From: an uncultured beta proteobacterium
Lineage (GTDB): Bacteria > Pseudomonadota > Gammaproteobacteria > Burkholderiales > SG8-39
Assembly: GCA_963827555.1 (NCBI GenBank)
Contig: CAWHBL010000008.1
Coordinates: 69,135-133,134, forward strand
Direction: 5' to 3'
Length of the DNA: 64,000 nucleotides
The translations under genes and the position numbers were made by a program. This document shows, piece after piece, positions 25,432 to 36,445 of this stretch (its first letter is position 1; each line of letters opens with the position of its first letter). The notes beneath the pieces were generated by a model. That model did no database searches. It was not told where the DNA came from and saw only the letters and a list, made by a program, of their open reading frames with translations.

Positions 25432-26445
25432 ATGACGCCGGCGCCGACGTCCGAGCACCTCCTCGACGCGCTCCACCGTCTGGATCTGATCCCGCCCGGT
25501 GCCCACGCCGAGGTCACGCCGCTTGCCGGCGGCGTGTCCTCGGACATCGTGCGGGTCGACGTCGCCGGCCGCAGCTTCTGCGTCAAGCAGGCGCTGGCGA
25601 AGCTCAAGGTCGCCGCCGAATGGCGGGCGCCGGTCGCGCGCAACCACAGCGAGGCGGAATGGATCCGCGTCGCCGGCGAGATCGTCCCCGAGGCCGTGCC
25701 GCGGCTGATCGGCGAGGACCGCGCCGCAGGCCTCTTCGCGATGGGATGGCTCGCGCCGGAATCGCACCCGGTGTGGAAGGAAGAGCTGCGCGACGGCCGG
25801 ATCGATCCGGCGGTGGCGGTCGAGGTCGGGCGCCGGATCGCGCTGATCCACGCCGCGACCGCCGGGCGCGTGGACGTCGCCACCCGCTTCGCGAACGACG
25901 AGATCTTCCACCAGATCCGGATCGAGCCCTACCTGCTCGCGACCGCCGAGCGGCATCCCGACTGCGCGAACGCGCTGCGCCGGCTCGCGGAAACGACCGC
26001 CCGGACCAAGCTCGCGCTGGTGCACGGCGACGTCAGCCCGAAGAACATCCTCGTCGGCCCGGGCGGCCCGGTCTTCCTCGATGCCGAGTGCGCGTGGTAC
26101 GGCGACCCGGCGTTCGACCTCGCGTTCCTGCTCAACCACCTGCTGCTCAAGTGCGCGTGGCGGCCGCAGTGGCGCGCGCGCTACCTCGCGGCGTTCCGCG
26201 CCGCCGCCGAGGCCTACCTCGCCGGCGTCGCGTGGGAGCCGCGCGACGTGTTCGAAGGGCGCTCGGCATGGCTGCTCCCGGGGCTTCTGCTGGCGCGCGT
26301 CGACGGGAAGTCGCCGGTCGAGTACGTCACCGAGGAAGCCGATCGCGAGCGGATACGCGCGTGCGCGAAGCCGCTCCTCCTCGCCCCGCGTACCCGGCTC
26401 GCCGAGGTGGCCGAGGCGTGGCGGCAGTCGACGGAGGACTGTTGA
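25432..26445 (+). CDS. APH/choline-kinase-fold small-molecule kinase (methylthioribose-kinase-like phosphotransferase family)
   Basis: LAGGVSSDIVRV, FCVKQAL, Brenner motif LVHGDVSPKNILV, DAECAWYGDPAFDLAF. The stop overlaps the TTG start of the enolase-like gene as TTGA. Confidence 0.75.
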   Translation: MTPAPTSEHLLDALHRLDLIPPGAHAEVTPLAGGVSSDIVRVDVAGRSFCVKQALAKLKVAAEWRAPVARNHSEAEWIRVAGEIVPEAVPRLIGEDRAAGLFAMGWLAPESHPVWKEELRDGRIDPAVAVEVGRRIALIHAATAGRVDVATRFANDEIFHQIRIEPYLLATAERHPDCANALRRLAETTARTKLALVHGDVSPKNILVGPGGPVFLDAECAWYGDPAFDLAFLLNHLLLKCAWRPQWRARYLAAFRAAAEAYLAGVAWEPRDVFEGRSAWLLPGLLLARVDGKSPVEYVTEEADRERIRACAKPLLLAPRTRLAEVAEAWRQSTEDC

Positions 26446-27779
26446 GCGGCGCGGCGATCGCCAGCGTCAGGGGCCGCCGGGTCTGGGACTCGCGCGGCCG
26501 GCCGACGGTCGAAGCGGAGGTCGGGCTCGCCTCGGGCGCGCACGGCCGGGCGATCGCGCCTGCGGGCGCCTCGCGCGGCGCGCACGAGGCGGTCGATCTG
26601 CGCGACGGCGGGGCGCGGCTCGGCGGAATGGACGTCGGCGCCGCGGTGGCGAACGTGAACGTCGCGATCGCGCGTGCGCTCGCCGGCATGGACGCGCACG
26701 ATCAGGCGGCGGTCGACGCGGCGCTCGCCGCCCTCGACGGCACGCCCGACCGGTCGCGGCTCGGCGGCAACGCGACGACCGCAGTGTCGCTCGCGGTGCT
26801 GCACGCCGCCGCCTCGCACGCGGGACTGCCGGTGTACCGCCAGCTCGCCGGGCCGGGTCCGATCCGGCTGCCGTTGCCGGAGATCCAGATCTTCGGCGGC
26901 GGCGCGCACGCCGGCCGCCGCGTCGACGTGCAGGACTTCATGGTGATGGCGCTCGGGGCGGCGAGCTTCGCGCAAGCGCTGGAGATGACCGCCGAGGTCT
27001 ATCGCGCGGCCGGCGAGCTGATGCGCGGTGCGGGGAAGCTCGCCGGCGTCGCCGACGAGGGCGGCTGGTGGCCGGCGTTCGACACCAACGACGAGGCGCT
27101 CGAGTGGCTGGTGCGGGCGATCGAGCGCGCCGGCTTCACGCCCGGCGACGAAATGGCGATCTCGCTCGACATCGCCGCCTCCGAACTGGTGGTGCCGGGG
27201 GATCCCTTTCGTTCCCCCGGCAGCGGCCGGCCCGTCCGCTACCGCCTCGGCCTCGAGGGGCGCGAGCTCGACTCGGATGCGATGGGCGAGATGCTCGAGC
27301 GCTGGCTCGGGCGGTACCCGATCGTCTCGATCGAGGACCCGTTCGGCGAGGACGATCCCGAGGCGCTCGCGCGGTTCACGCGGGCGGTGGGGGAACGCGT
27401 GCAGGTCATCGGCGACGACTTCCTGGTGACGAACGCCGCGCGGGTCGCCGCCGCGGCCGCGCGCGGCGCGTGCAACGCCGTCCTGGTGAAGCCGAACCAG
27501 GCGGGCACCGTGACCGACGCACGCGCCGCGCTCGAGGCGGGCAAGCGGGCGCGGTGGGGCACGATCGTGTCCGCGCGGTCCGGCGAGACCGAGGACGTCT
27601 CGATCGCGCATCTTGCCGTCGGCTGGGACGCGGGCCAGCTCAAGGTCGGGTCGTTCGCCCGGTCCGAGCGGATGGCGAAGTGGAACGAGTGCCTCCGGAT
27701 CGAGGAGGCGGAGGGGGCGAACGCGCGCTTCGCCGGGCGCGCCGCGCTGCCGCAATTGCTCGCGGCGAGCCGCGGTTAG
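26442..27779 (+). CDS. Enolase-family protein; atypical paralogue with Ala at the catalytic His373-equivalent position and an insertion
   Basis: [115 protein letters not shown] replaces the canonical SHRSGETED (GCG at 27573-27575). Confidence 0.85.
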   Translation: MSGAAIASVRGRRVWDSRGRPTVEAEVGLASGAHGRAIAPAGASRGAHEAVDLRDGGARLGGMDVGAAVANVNVAIARALAGMDAHDQAAVDAALAALDGTPDRSRLGGNATTAVSLAVLHAAASHAGLPVYRQLAGPGPIRLPLPEIQIFGGGAHAGRRVDVQDFMVMALGAASFAQALEMTAEVYRAAGELMRGAGKLAGVADEGGWWPAFDTNDEALEWLVRAIERAGFTPGDEMAISLDIAASELVVPGDPFRSPGSGRPVRYRLGLEGRELDSDAMGEMLERWLGRYPIVSIEDPFGEDDPEALARFTRAVGERVQVIGDDFLVTNAARVAAAAARGACNAVLVKPNQAGTVTDARAALEAGKRARWGTIVSARSGETEDVSIAHLAVGWDAGQLKVGSFARSERMAKWNECLRIEEAEGANARFAGRAALPQLLAASRG

Positions 27780-27781
27780 AC

Positions 27782-27795
27782 TTGATTGCAATCAA
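27782..27795. promoter_or_regulatory. Perfect FNR/CRP-family consensus palindrome TTGAT-TGCA-ATCAA upstream of fhs
   Basis: Seen directly in the sequence. The centre is about 70 nt upstream of the fhs ATG (27859). A possible -10 TAACCT at 27819-27824 would put the box near -41.5. Confidence 0.5.
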
Positions 27796-27858
27796 TGTCC
27801 GCCCGCGGGGCGGCCACCTAACCTAGCGCCGCCACGCCGAGAACAGGGGACCCACACC

Positions 27859-29531
27859 ATGCCGTCCGACATCGAGATTGCCCAGGCCGCGAAGCTCCAG
27901 CGCATCTCCAAGGTAGCGCTCGAGAAGCTCGGCATCGCCGAGGACCATCTCGAGCCCTACGGCCACTACAAGGCGAAGGTCTCGCTCAAGTACCTCGATT
28001 CGCTGAAATCGAAGCCCGACGGCAAGCTGATCCTCGTCACCGCGATGACGCCGACCCCCGCGGGCGAGGGCAAGACGACGACCACGGTGGGTCTCGGCGA
28101 CGCGCTGAACCAGATCGGCAGGAAGGCGATGATCTGCCTGCGCGAGCCCTCGCTCGGGCCGGTGTTCGGCATGAAGGGCGGCGCGGCCGGCGGCGGGTAC
28201 GCGCAGGTGGTGCCGATGGAGGACATCAACCTCCACTTCACCGGCGACTTCAGCGCGATCGCGCTCGCGAACAACCTGCTCGCGGCGCTGCTCGACAACC
28301 ACATCAACCACGGCAACGAGCTCGGGATCGACCTCCGGCGCATCCAGTGGAAGCGCGTGGTCGACATGAACGACCGGGCGCTCCGCGACATCGTCGTCGC
28401 GCTCGGCGGGACGGCGAACGGCTACCCGCGCGAGGACGGGTTCGACATCGTGGTCGCCTCCGAGGTGATGGCGATCTTCTGCCTCTCGACCTCGGTCGAG
28501 GACCTGAAAGCAGCGGCTCGGCAACATCGTCGTCGGCTACACCAAGGACCAGAAACCGGTGACCGCGCGCGACCTGAAAGCGCACGGCGCGATGACCGTG
28601 CTGCTGAAGGACGCGCTCGCGCCGAACCTGGTGCAGACGCTCGAGAACAACCCGGCGTTCATCCACGGCGGTCCGTTCGCGAACATCGCCCACGGCTGCA
28701 ACTCGGTGATCGCGACCCGGTCGGCGCTCAAGCTCGTCGACTACGTGGTGACCGAGGCCGGGTTCGGCGCCGACCTCGGCGCCGAGAAGTTCATCGACAT
28801 CAAATGCCGCAAGACCGGCCTCCGCCCGAACGCCACGGTGATCGTCGCGACCGTGCGCGCCCTCAAGTACCACGGCGGACAGGATCTCAAGACGATCGGC
28901 CAGGAGAATCTGGCGGCGCTCGAGAAGGGGCTCGCGAACCTGGAGCGGCACGTGGAGAACGTGCAAAAGAACTACGGCATCCCGTGCGTCGTCTCGATCA
29001 ACCGCTTCAACCAGGACACGCCGGCGGAGCTCGAGCTCCTGAAGAGCCGGATGGCCAAGTACGGCGTGCCGGTGGTGCTCGCCACCCACTGGGGTGACGG
29101 CGGCAAGGGCGCGGCCGAGCTCGCGCGCGTCGTCGTCGGGCCTGTGCGACCAGAAATCGAGCTTCCGCTTCGTCTACGAGGACGCGGATCCGCTCTGGGA
29201 CAAGATCAACAAGATCGCGAAGACGATCTACCGCGCGGGCGACGTCACCGCCGACGCGAAGGTGCGCGCGCAGATCAAGAAGCTCCAGGACGACGGCTAC
29301 GGCCACTACCCCGTCTGCGTCGCCAAGACCCAGTACTCGTTCGCGACCGACGCGCAGGTGCGCGCCGCGCCGAGCGGGCACGTCGTCAACGTGCGCGAGG
29401 TGCGGCTCGCGGCCGGCGCCGAGTTCATCGTCATGATCTGCGGCGACGTGATGACCATGCCGGGGCTGCCGAAGGTGCCGTCGGCGGAAAAGATCGACAT
29501 CGTCGACGGCAAGGTCGTCGGGCTGTTCTAG
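27859..29531 (+). CDS. fhs: Formate--tetrahydrofolate ligase, two frame changes as read
   Basis: [52 protein letters not shown], then [21 protein letters not shown]...[16 protein letters not shown]...[14 protein letters not shown], then [13 protein letters not shown]...[11 protein letters not shown]. Frame changes near 28511-28516 and in the GGG run at 29138-29140. Confidence 0.9.
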
Positions 29532-29626
29532 ACGGCGGCGCCGGCGTCGCGGGAGCCGGTGAGCTCGGCCGGGGTAGAATCCCGGCCCGTTGCGCCGCGT
29601 CCGCCGACCAGGAGGAGATCCGCTGC

Positions 29627-30518
29627 GTGGAAGAAGTCTTCACCCACGCCTTCTGGGTCGGGCTCGCCAAGATCATCGGCGTCAACATCGTCCTGTCCGG
29701 CGACAACGCCGTCGTGATCGCGCTCGCCGCGCGGTCGCTGCCCGCCGAAGCAGCAGAAGCAGGCGATCATCTGGGGTTCGGCCGCCGCGATCATCATGCG
29801 GGTCATCCTGACCGTGTTCGCGGTCGCGCTGCTGACCCTGCCCTGGCTCAAGCTGATCGGCGCGGCGCTGCTGCTGTGGATCGGCGTGAAGCTGCTGATC
29901 CCCGAGCACGGCGGCGAGAACATCAGCGCGAGCGACAGCCTGATGGCGGCGATCAAGACCATTCTGATCGCCGACCTGGTGATGAGCCTCGACAACGTGA
30001 TCGCCGTGGCCGCCGCGGCCGGCGGCAGCCTTGTGCTGCTGATCCTCGGCCTCGCGATCTCGATCCCGCTCGTGGTCTTCGGCGCGACGATGCTGATCAA
30101 GGTCATGGAGCGCTGGCCGATCATCATCACCATCGGCGCGGCGCTGCTCGGCTTCGTCGCCGGCGAGATGGCGATCACCGATCCGGCGATCGGCGGCTGG
30201 GTCCGGGCCACGTTCGCGCACGTGAACGAGAAGCCGGTGCTCGCCGGGCTGAGCCTGGAGATCCTCTGCGGCCTGATCGGGGCGGCCTTCGTCGTGATCG
30301 TCGGGCTGTGGCTCGCGAAACGGAAGGAAGCGGTCACTGCCGCCGCCGGCCCGCACGAGGCGCCGGTCCCGGACTCCGGCGCACGAGCGGTAGCGGGCCT
30401 TTTCTTGACTCCGATCAAGCGCGTCGCGGACAATCTCACGCCAGAATCGAGCACGAGACCGAGACTGCCGCTGGAGCGCCCGGCACGGGGCGAACGGAGG
30501 CAAGCGGCGGCGAAATGA
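29627..30518 (+). CDS. TerC-family integral membrane protein (YjbE/Alx-like), one frame change as read
   Basis: RBS GGAGGA, GTG at 29627. [26 protein letters not shown], then a frame change in the CCC run at 29741-29743, then [22 protein letters not shown]...[15 protein letters not shown]. Confidence 0.75.
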
Positions 30519-30542
30519 GCGGGAGTCCGATCGGAGGAGCGT

Positions 30543-31559
30543 ATGAAATCGATGAATGCACTTTCTTTCCGCGCTGCGGCGATCGCATGCGCATCGACCC
30601 TTGCGCTCACCGCGGGCCCGGCGCAGGGGCAGGCCTGGGAGCCGACCAAGACGGTGGAGTTCATCGTCCCGGCCGGAACCGGCGGCGGCGCCGACCAGAT
30701 GGCGCGCCTCAGCCAGGCGATCATCACCAAGCACAAGCTGATGAACCAGCCGATGGTCGTCATCAACAAGGCCGGCGGCGCCGGCGCCGAGGGGTTCCTC
30801 GACGTGAAGGGCGCCAAGGGCGATCCGCACAAGATCATCATCACGCTGTCGAACCTGTTCACGACGCCGCTCGCGACCGGCGTGCCGTTCAACTGGCGCG
30901 ACCTGACGCCGGTGACGATGCTCGCGCTCGACCAGTTCGTGCTGTGGGTGAACGCCGAGTCGCCGTACAAGTCGGCCAAGGACTACGTCGAGGCGGCCAA
31001 GAAAGCCGGCCCGAGCAAGTTCAAGATGGCGGGCACCGGGTCGAAGCAGGAGGACGAGATCATCACCGTCGCGCTGCAGAAGCAGACCGGCACGAAGTTC
31101 ATCTACATCCCGTTCAAGGGCGGCGGCGACGTCGCGACCCAGCTCGTCGGCAAGCACGTCGATTCGACGGTGAACAACCCGATCGAGGCGGTGGCGCAGT
31201 GGCGCGGCGGGAAGCTGCGGCCGCTGTGCGTGTTCGACGACAAGCGGCTGACGTACAAGACGAAGGTCACCGACTCGATGGCCTGGAGCGACATCCCGAC
31301 CTGCAAGGAGGCGGGTGTCGACATGAGCTACCTGATGCTGCGCGGCATCTTCATGCCGAGCGGGGTCACCGACGCGCAGCGCGACTACTACGTCGAGCTC
31401 TTCAAGAAGGTCCGCGCGACGCCCGAGTGGAAGGAGTTCATGGAGCGCGGCGCGTTCAACCAGACCGCCCTGACCGGCAAGGAGTACTCCGACTGGGTGG
31501 CGAAGGAGGAGCAGCGCCACCGCGAGCTCATGAAGGAAGCCGGCTTCATCGCGAAGTAG
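30543..31559 (+). CDS. tctC: Tripartite tricarboxylate transporter substrate-binding protein
   Basis: Signal peptide, [41 protein letters not shown]. First gene of a tctCBA operon. Confidence 0.9.
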   Translation: MKSMNALSFRAAAIACASTLALTAGPAQGQAWEPTKTVEFIVPAGTGGGADQMARLSQAIITKHKLMNQPMVVINKAGGAGAEGFLDVKGAKGDPHKIIITLSNLFTTPLATGVPFNWRDLTPVTMLALDQFVLWVNAESPYKSAKDYVEAAKKAGPSKFKMAGTGSKQEDEIITVALQKQTGTKFIYIPFKGGGDVATQLVGKHVDSTVNNPIEAVAQWRGGKLRPLCVFDDKRLTYKTKVTDSMAWSDIPTCKEAGVDMSYLMLRGIFMPSGVTDAQRDYYVELFKKVRATPEWKEFMERGAFNQTALTGKEYSDWVAKEEQRHRELMKEAGFIAK

Positions 31560-31639
31560 GATCAAGTCCCGCCGGCCGGCGCTTCAGCGGCGACCGGGGG
31601 TCGCCGCCGTCGGCCCGCGTTTCTCCGCACGGTCTTCAC

Positions 31640-32143
31640 ATGGACGATAACAACGACCGTCCCGCCGCTCGCACCCGCACGCTGGAAATCGTCGTCGCCG
31701 GCCTGCTCTTCCTGCTCGGGGCGCTGGTGATCGCGGACAGCGTGCGCCTCGGCGCCCGCTGGGCCGAGGACGGGCCGCAGGCCGGCTACTTTCCGTTCTA
31801 CATCGGGCTGCTGATCTGCTTCTCCACCGCGGTGGTGATCTTCCGCGCGGCGGGCGACAAGGCGAAAGCGGCCAAGACCTTCGTCACGCACGGCGCCTTC
31901 AGGCAGGTGCTGTGGATGCTCGTGCCGTCGATCGTCTACGTGGTGCTGATCAAGCCGCTCGGCCTCTACGTGGCCTCGACGGTCTTCATCGCGTTCTTCA
32001 TGCGGCGGCTGGGCAACTATCCGTGGCCGCAGACCATCCTGGTCGCGGTCGGCGTCAGCGTCGCGTTCTTCCTGCTGTTCGAGGTGTGGTTCACGCTGCC
32101 GCTGCCGAAGGGACCGCTCGAGGCGTGGCTCAAGCTCGACTAG
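31640..32143 (+). CDS. tctB: Tripartite tricarboxylate transporter small membrane subunit
   Basis: 167-aa, 4-TM protein ([31 protein letters not shown]...) between tctC and tctA. It is the C-terminal part of the long ORF 28559..32143. Confidence 0.85.
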   Translation: MDDNNDRPAARTRTLEIVVAGLLFLLGALVIADSVRLGARWAEDGPQAGYFPFYIGLLICFSTAVVIFRAAGDKAKAAKTFVTHGAFRQVLWMLVPSIVYVVLIKPLGLYVASTVFIAFFMRRLGNYPWPQTILVAVGVSVAFFLLFEVWFTLPLPKGPLEAWLKLD

Positions 32144-32174
32144 CGCGCAAAGCGCTCATTCGTTAGGGGGGTCG

Positions 32175-33668
32175 TTGGAGGAGATCAGCTCGCTCATCCA
32201 GGGGTTCGGCGTCGCGCTGACGCCGTTCAACCTGATGCTGATGTTCGTCGGCGTGGTGCTCGGCGTGATCATCGGCGTGCTGCCGGGGCTCGGCGGCGCC
32301 AACGGCGTCGCCATCCTGCTGCCGCTCACGTTCACGATGCCGCCGACCTCGGCGATCATCATGCTGTCGTGCATCTACTGGGGGGCGCTCTTCGGCGGCG
32401 CGATCACGTCGATCCTGTTCAACATTCCCGGCGAGCCGTGGTCGGTGGCGACGACCTTCGACGGCTACCCGCTCGGCCAGAAGGGCCGCGCCGGCGCCGC
32501 GCTCACCACCGCCTTCACGTCGTCGTTCATCGGCGCGCTGGTCGCGGTGATCGTGATCACGTTCCTCTCGCCGATCGTCGCGAACTTCGCGCTCGCGTTC
32601 GGCCCGCCGGAGTTCTTTGCCGTCTATCTGCTCACGTTCTGCGCCTTCGTCGGCATGAGCAAGGGCCAGGCGCTGAAGACGATCGCCTCGATGATGGTCG
32701 GCTTCGCGCTCGCCGCCGTCGGGCTCGACACGGTGACCGGGTCGCTGCGCCTCACGTTCGGTTCGACGGCGCTGCTGCAGGGCTTCGACTTCCTGATCGC
32801 GGTGATCGGTCTCTTCGGGATCGGCGAGATCCTGCTCACGCTCGAGGAGGGACTCGCGTTCAAGGGCGCGCGGGCGAAGATCAACCTGAAGGTGGTGCTG
32901 GAAACCTGGCGCGAGCTGCCGCGCTACTGGCTGACCAGCCTCCGCAGCTCGGCGGTCGGCTGCTTCATGGGCATCGTCCCGGGCGGCGCCACGCCGGCCT
33001 CGTTCATGGCCTACGGCGTGGCGAAGCGGTTCTCGAAGGACGGCGAGAAGTTCGGCACCGGCGTGGTCGAGGGCGTGGTGGCGCCGGAGACGGCGGCGCA
33101 CGCCGCGGGCACCTCGGCGCTGCTGCCGATGCTCACCCTCGGCGTGCCGGGATCGCCGACGGCGGCGGTGCTGCTCGGCGGGCTGCTGATCTGGGGTCTG
33201 CAGCCGGGACCGCTCCTCTTCCAGGAGCAGAAGGAGTTCGTCTGGGGCCTGATCGCGAGCATGTACCTCGGCAACATCGCCGGGCTCATCGTCGTGCTCA
33301 CGTGCGTGCCGCTGTTCGCCGCGATCCTGCGCATACCGTTCTCGATCATCGCGCCGATCATCATCGTCATCTGCGCGATCGGCGCGTACACCGTGCACAA
33401 CTCGATGTTCGACGTCTATCTGATGGTGCTGTTCGGCGTCGCGGGCTACGTGCTGCGCAAGCTCGACTACCCGCTCGCGCCGCTCGTGCTCGCGCTCGTG
33501 CTGGGCGACCGGGCCGAGAGCGCGTTCCGGCAGGCGATGCTCGTGTCGCAGGGGGACATGTCGATCTTCTTCTCGAAACCGCTCGTCGGCGGCATGACGA
33601 CGCTCGCGCTGGTGCTGCTCTTCTGGCCGCTCATCCAGGGCGGCCTGCGCAAGGCGAAGGCCGCCTGA
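32175..33668 (+). CDS. tctA: Tripartite tricarboxylate transporter large permease subunit
   Basis: 497-aa polytopic protein, TTG start. LIQGFGVALTPFNL, GVLPGLGGANGVAILLP, GIVPGGATPASFMAYG. Confidence 0.92.
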   Translation: MEEISSLIQGFGVALTPFNLMLMFVGVVLGVIIGVLPGLGGANGVAILLPLTFTMPPTSAIIMLSCIYWGALFGGAITSILFNIPGEPWSVATTFDGYPLGQKGRAGAALTTAFTSSFIGALVAVIVITFLSPIVANFALAFGPPEFFAVYLLTFCAFVGMSKGQALKTIASMMVGFALAAVGLDTVTGSLRLTFGSTALLQGFDFLIAVIGLFGIGEILLTLEEGLAFKGARAKINLKVVLETWRELPRYWLTSLRSSAVGCFMGIVPGGATPASFMAYGVAKRFSKDGEKFGTGVVEGVVAPETAAHAAGTSALLPMLTLGVPGSPTAAVLLGGLLIWGLQPGPLLFQEQKEFVWGLIASMYLGNIAGLIVVLTCVPLFAAILRIPFSIIAPIIIVICAIGAYTVHNSMFDVYLMVLFGVAGYVLRKLDYPLAPLVLALVLGDRAESAFRQAMLVSQGDMSIFFSKPLVGGMTTLALVLLFWPLIQGGLRKAKAA

Positions 33669-33693
33669 CCGCGCGGGGCGCGCAGCAACCTGT

Positions 33694-33721
33694 GCAAGAC
33701 CTCGCCGTGGCGAGGTCTTGC
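33694..33721. terminator. Strong stem-loop between convergent tctA and the Crp/Fnr regulator gene
   Basis: GCAAGACCTCGC-CGTG-GCGAGGTCTTGC, a perfect 12-bp stem. A second hairpin AAAGGGG-GTGTGG-CCCCTTT plus a T-run lies at 33742-33765. Confidence 0.6.
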
Positions 33722-33774
33722 AACTGGAATTGGGGATTCGCAAAGGGGGTGTGGCCCCTTTTTGCAGCGTTACT

Positions 33775-34380
33775 CTACGGCGCGCGGTGCTTGAGGCGCG
33801 AGAGCGTCTCGGGCGTGAGGTTGAGGTAGGAGGCGAGCTCCTTGCTCGGAATCCGGCCGAGCAGCGCCTGGTGCTTGCGTTCGAACCGCGCGAGCCGGCC
33901 GGGCGCGTCGAGCAGGTGCAGCGTGATGGTGTGGGCCATCACCTCGCTCATCAGCTTCATCACCTCGTACTCGAACCGCGCCTTGACGTCGCCCTGGCGT
34001 TCGAGGAACGCGACCCACTGCGGCATCGACAGCTTCGCCGCGCGCACCCGGGTCACCGCGACGATGCTGTACGGGACCGGCGTCTTCAGCCGCCAGGCCG
34101 CGTACGACGTGTCCATGTCCGTCTCCGCCGCGAAGCGCAGGATCATTTCCTTGCCCTCCGCGTTGGCCACGACGCGCTTCAGGATTCCCTCGAGGATGAA
34201 GAACTGCTCCATCTCGGTGGAGCCCTGGTGCACGAGCTGCTCGCCCTTGCGGTATTCGCCGATCTCCAGGCGCGGCTCGAGCTCCCCCCAGGCATCCGCG
34301 CTCATGCCCCCGAGGATCAGGTTCTGCTTGAGCTCGAGGCGCAGGGTGTTGCGCTGCGGGTGGGAGGCGATGTGCGACAT
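33775..34380 (-). CDS. Crp/Fnr-family transcriptional regulator (cNMP-binding-like domain plus C-terminal HTH; no FNR-type N-terminal Cys cluster)
   Basis: 201 aa. Beta-roll [46 protein letters not shown]. Divergent from oxc. Confidence 0.85.
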   Translation of the reverse strand: MSHIASHPQRNTLRLELKQNLILGGMSADAWGELEPRLEIGEYRKGEQLVHQGSTEMEQFFILEGILKRVVANAEGKEMILRFAAETDMDTSYAAWRLKTPVPYSIVAVTRVRAAKLSMPQWVAFLERQGDVKARFEYEVMKLMSEVMAHTITLHLLDAPGRLARFERKHQALLGRIPSKELASYLNLTPETLSRLKHRAP

Positions 34381-34419
34381 CGGGAGGCGGGGCGCGCGGC
34401 CTCAAGTTAGCTGGAATGA

Positions 34420-34433
34420 TTGACCCCAGTCAA
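34420..34433. promoter_or_regulatory. Crp/Fnr-type palindrome TTGAC-CCCA-GTCAA in the regulator/oxc divergent intergenic region
   Basis: Perfect inverted half-sites identical to the fds box. The centre is about 46 nt upstream of the regulator start and about 121 nt upstream of the oxc ATG. Confidence 0.5.
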
Positions 34434-34547
34434 GGTGGTAGGCGGGTCCGTTTGCCTATCCTAACGTCCCGTTTGAACGCAGGTTTTTCGCCCTGCAGCC
34501 CCCGCGCCGGCGAGCGGCGCGCTCGATCCCCAGAGGAGGGTACCCGG

Positions 34548-36299
34548 ATGGGCACCGTAGAACCTCAAGTCTCCACTGCCCAGGACGTGCCGCAATCGCA
34601 ATCGACCGACGGCTTTCAGCTCGTCATCGATGCGCTCAAGCTGAACGGCCTCGACACGATCTACGGCCTGCCGGGCATTCCGATCACCGACCTGACCCGC
34701 CGCGCGCAGGCCGCCGGCCTGCGGGTGCTTTCGTTCCGCCACGAGCAGAACGCCGGCTACGCCGCCTCGATCGCCGGCTTCCTCACGCAGAAGCCCGGCA
34801 TCTGCCTGACCGTTTCCGCGCCCGGCTTCCTGAACGGCCTCAACGCGCTCGCCCATGCCACCGTCAACTGCTTCCCGATGATCCTCATCAGCGGCTCGAG
34901 CGAGCGCGAGATCGTCGACCTGCAGCAGGGCGACTACGAGGAGATGGACCAGCTCGCCATCGCCAAGCCGGTCGCCAAGGCCGCCTTCCGCGTGCTGCAC
35001 GCCGAGGACATCGGCGTCGGCGTCGCGCGCGCCATCCGCGCCGCCGTGTCGGGCCGCCCGGGAGGCGTCTACCTCGACCTGCCCGCGAAGCTCTTCGCCC
35101 AGAGCATCGACGCCGCGGCCGGGAAGAATTCCCTGATCAAGGTCGTGGACCCCGCGCCGCGCCAGATCCCGGCGCCGGAAGCGGTGAGGCGCGCGCTCGA
35201 CCTGCTCAAGGGCGCGAAGAAGCCGCTGATCATCCTCGGCAAGGGCGCGGCGTATGCCCAGGCCGACGCCGACATCCGCGCGCTGGTCGAAAAGACCGGC
35301 ATCCCCTACCTGCCGATGTCGATGGCAAAGGGCCTGCTGCCCGACACGCACGAGCAGTCCGCCTCCGCGGCGCGCTCCTACGTGCTGCCCGAGGCGGATG
35401 TGGTGATGCTCATCGGGGCGCGCCTCAACTGGCTGCTCTCGCACGGCAAGGGCAAGACCTGGGGCGGGAAGGACCACAAGAGCTGGGGCGGCCAGAAATT
35501 CATCCAGGTCGACATCTCGCCGCAGGAAGCGGACAGCAACGTGCGCATCGACGCGCCGGTGGTCGGCGATATCGGCTCGTGCGTCGCGGCGTTCCTGGCC
35601 GGCATCGGCTCGACCTGGCCCAAGCCGCCGGCGGACTGGATCGATGCGATCACGGAGCGCAAGACCAAGAACGTCGCCAAGATGGCCGAGACGCTGGCGA
35701 AGGATCCCTCGCCGATGAATTTCCACAGCGCGCTGAACGTGGTGCGCGACATCGTCAAGGCGAACCCGGACGCGATGTTCGTCAACGAGGGTGCGAATGC
35801 GCTCGATTTCACGCGCAGCATCGTCGACATGTACAAGCCGAGGAAGCGCATCGACGTCGGGACCTGGGGCATCATGGGCATCGGCATGGGCTATTGCGTC
35901 GCCGCCGCCGTGGCCACCAAGCAGCAGGTGATCGCGATCGAGGGCGACAGCGCCTTCGGCTTCTCCGGCATGGAAGTGGAGACCATCTGCCGCTACAACC
36001 TGCCGGTCTGCGTGGTCGTCTTCAACAACAACGGCGTCTACCGTGGCACCGACGTCAATCCGACCGGCGGCCCCGACGTGGCGCCCACCGTGTTCGTCAA
36101 GGGCGCGCGCTACGACAAGCTGATCGAGGCCTTCGGCGGCGTGGGCGCGAACGCCACGACCCCGGCCGAGCTGCGCAAGGCGATGGAAGAAGCCATCCGC
36201 TCGCGCAAGCCCACGCTCATCAACGCCGTCATCGACGAGACCGCCGGCACCGAAAGCGGCCGCATTACGAGCCTGAATCCGAGCGCGAAGAAGAAATAG
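34548..36299 (+). CDS. oxc: Oxalyl-CoA decarboxylase (ThDP-dependent)
   Basis: RBS GAGGAGG, ATG at 34548. [87 protein letters not shown]. Confidence 0.92.
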   Translation: MGTVEPQVSTAQDVPQSQSTDGFQLVIDALKLNGLDTIYGLPGIPITDLTRRAQAAGLRVLSFRHEQNAGYAASIAGFLTQKPGICLTVSAPGFLNGLNALAHATVNCFPMILISGSSEREIVDLQQGDYEEMDQLAIAKPVAKAAFRVLHAEDIGVGVARAIRAAVSGRPGGVYLDLPAKLFAQSIDAAAGKNSLIKVVDPAPRQIPAPEAVRRALDLLKGAKKPLIILGKGAAYAQADADIRALVEKTGIPYLPMSMAKGLLPDTHEQSASAARSYVLPEADVVMLIGARLNWLLSHGKGKTWGGKDHKSWGGQKFIQVDISPQEADSNVRIDAPVVGDIGSCVAAFLAGIGSTWPKPPADWIDAITERKTKNVAKMAETLAKDPSPMNFHSALNVVRDIVKANPDAMFVNEGANALDFTRSIVDMYKPRKRIDVGTWGIMGIGMGYCVAAAVATKQQVIAIEGDSAFGFSGMEVETICRYNLPVCVVVFNNNGVYRGTDVNPTGGPDVAPTVFVKGARYDKLIEAFGGVGANATTPAELRKAMEEAIRSRKPTLINAVIDETAGTESGRITSLNPSAKKK

Positions 36300-36353
36300 C
36301 CGCGGGCAAGCGATCGGGGACGGGATCGGACGATGCACGAATCAGGTTAGTGC

Positions 36354-36386
36354 GATTAAGCGGCGCGTGGAACGCGCCGCTTAATC
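36354..36386 (+). other. Perfect 14-bp intercistronic stem-loop between oxc and frc, with no T-tract
   Basis: GATTAAGCGGCGCG-TGGAA-CGCGCCGCTTAATC, 55 nt after the oxc stop and 60 nt before the frc start. Confidence 0.6.
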
Positions 36387-36445
36387 GGCCGCGGGGCCCG
36401 TGGCTATACTCGGCCCCAGGAACGTTTTGGAGTCAGGAGCGGGGG

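Noticed and set aside
29532-29626. Possible yybP-ykoY (manganese) riboswitch upstream of the TerC gene
   Set aside because: TerC/Alx genes often have this riboswitch. Here the 95-nt spacer shows only a GGCCGGG-GTAGAAT-CCCGGCC hairpin with a weak GGGGUAG resemblance. It lacks the conserved GGGGAGUAG and GAGACA-type elements, is too short, and more likely serves as the fhs terminator.
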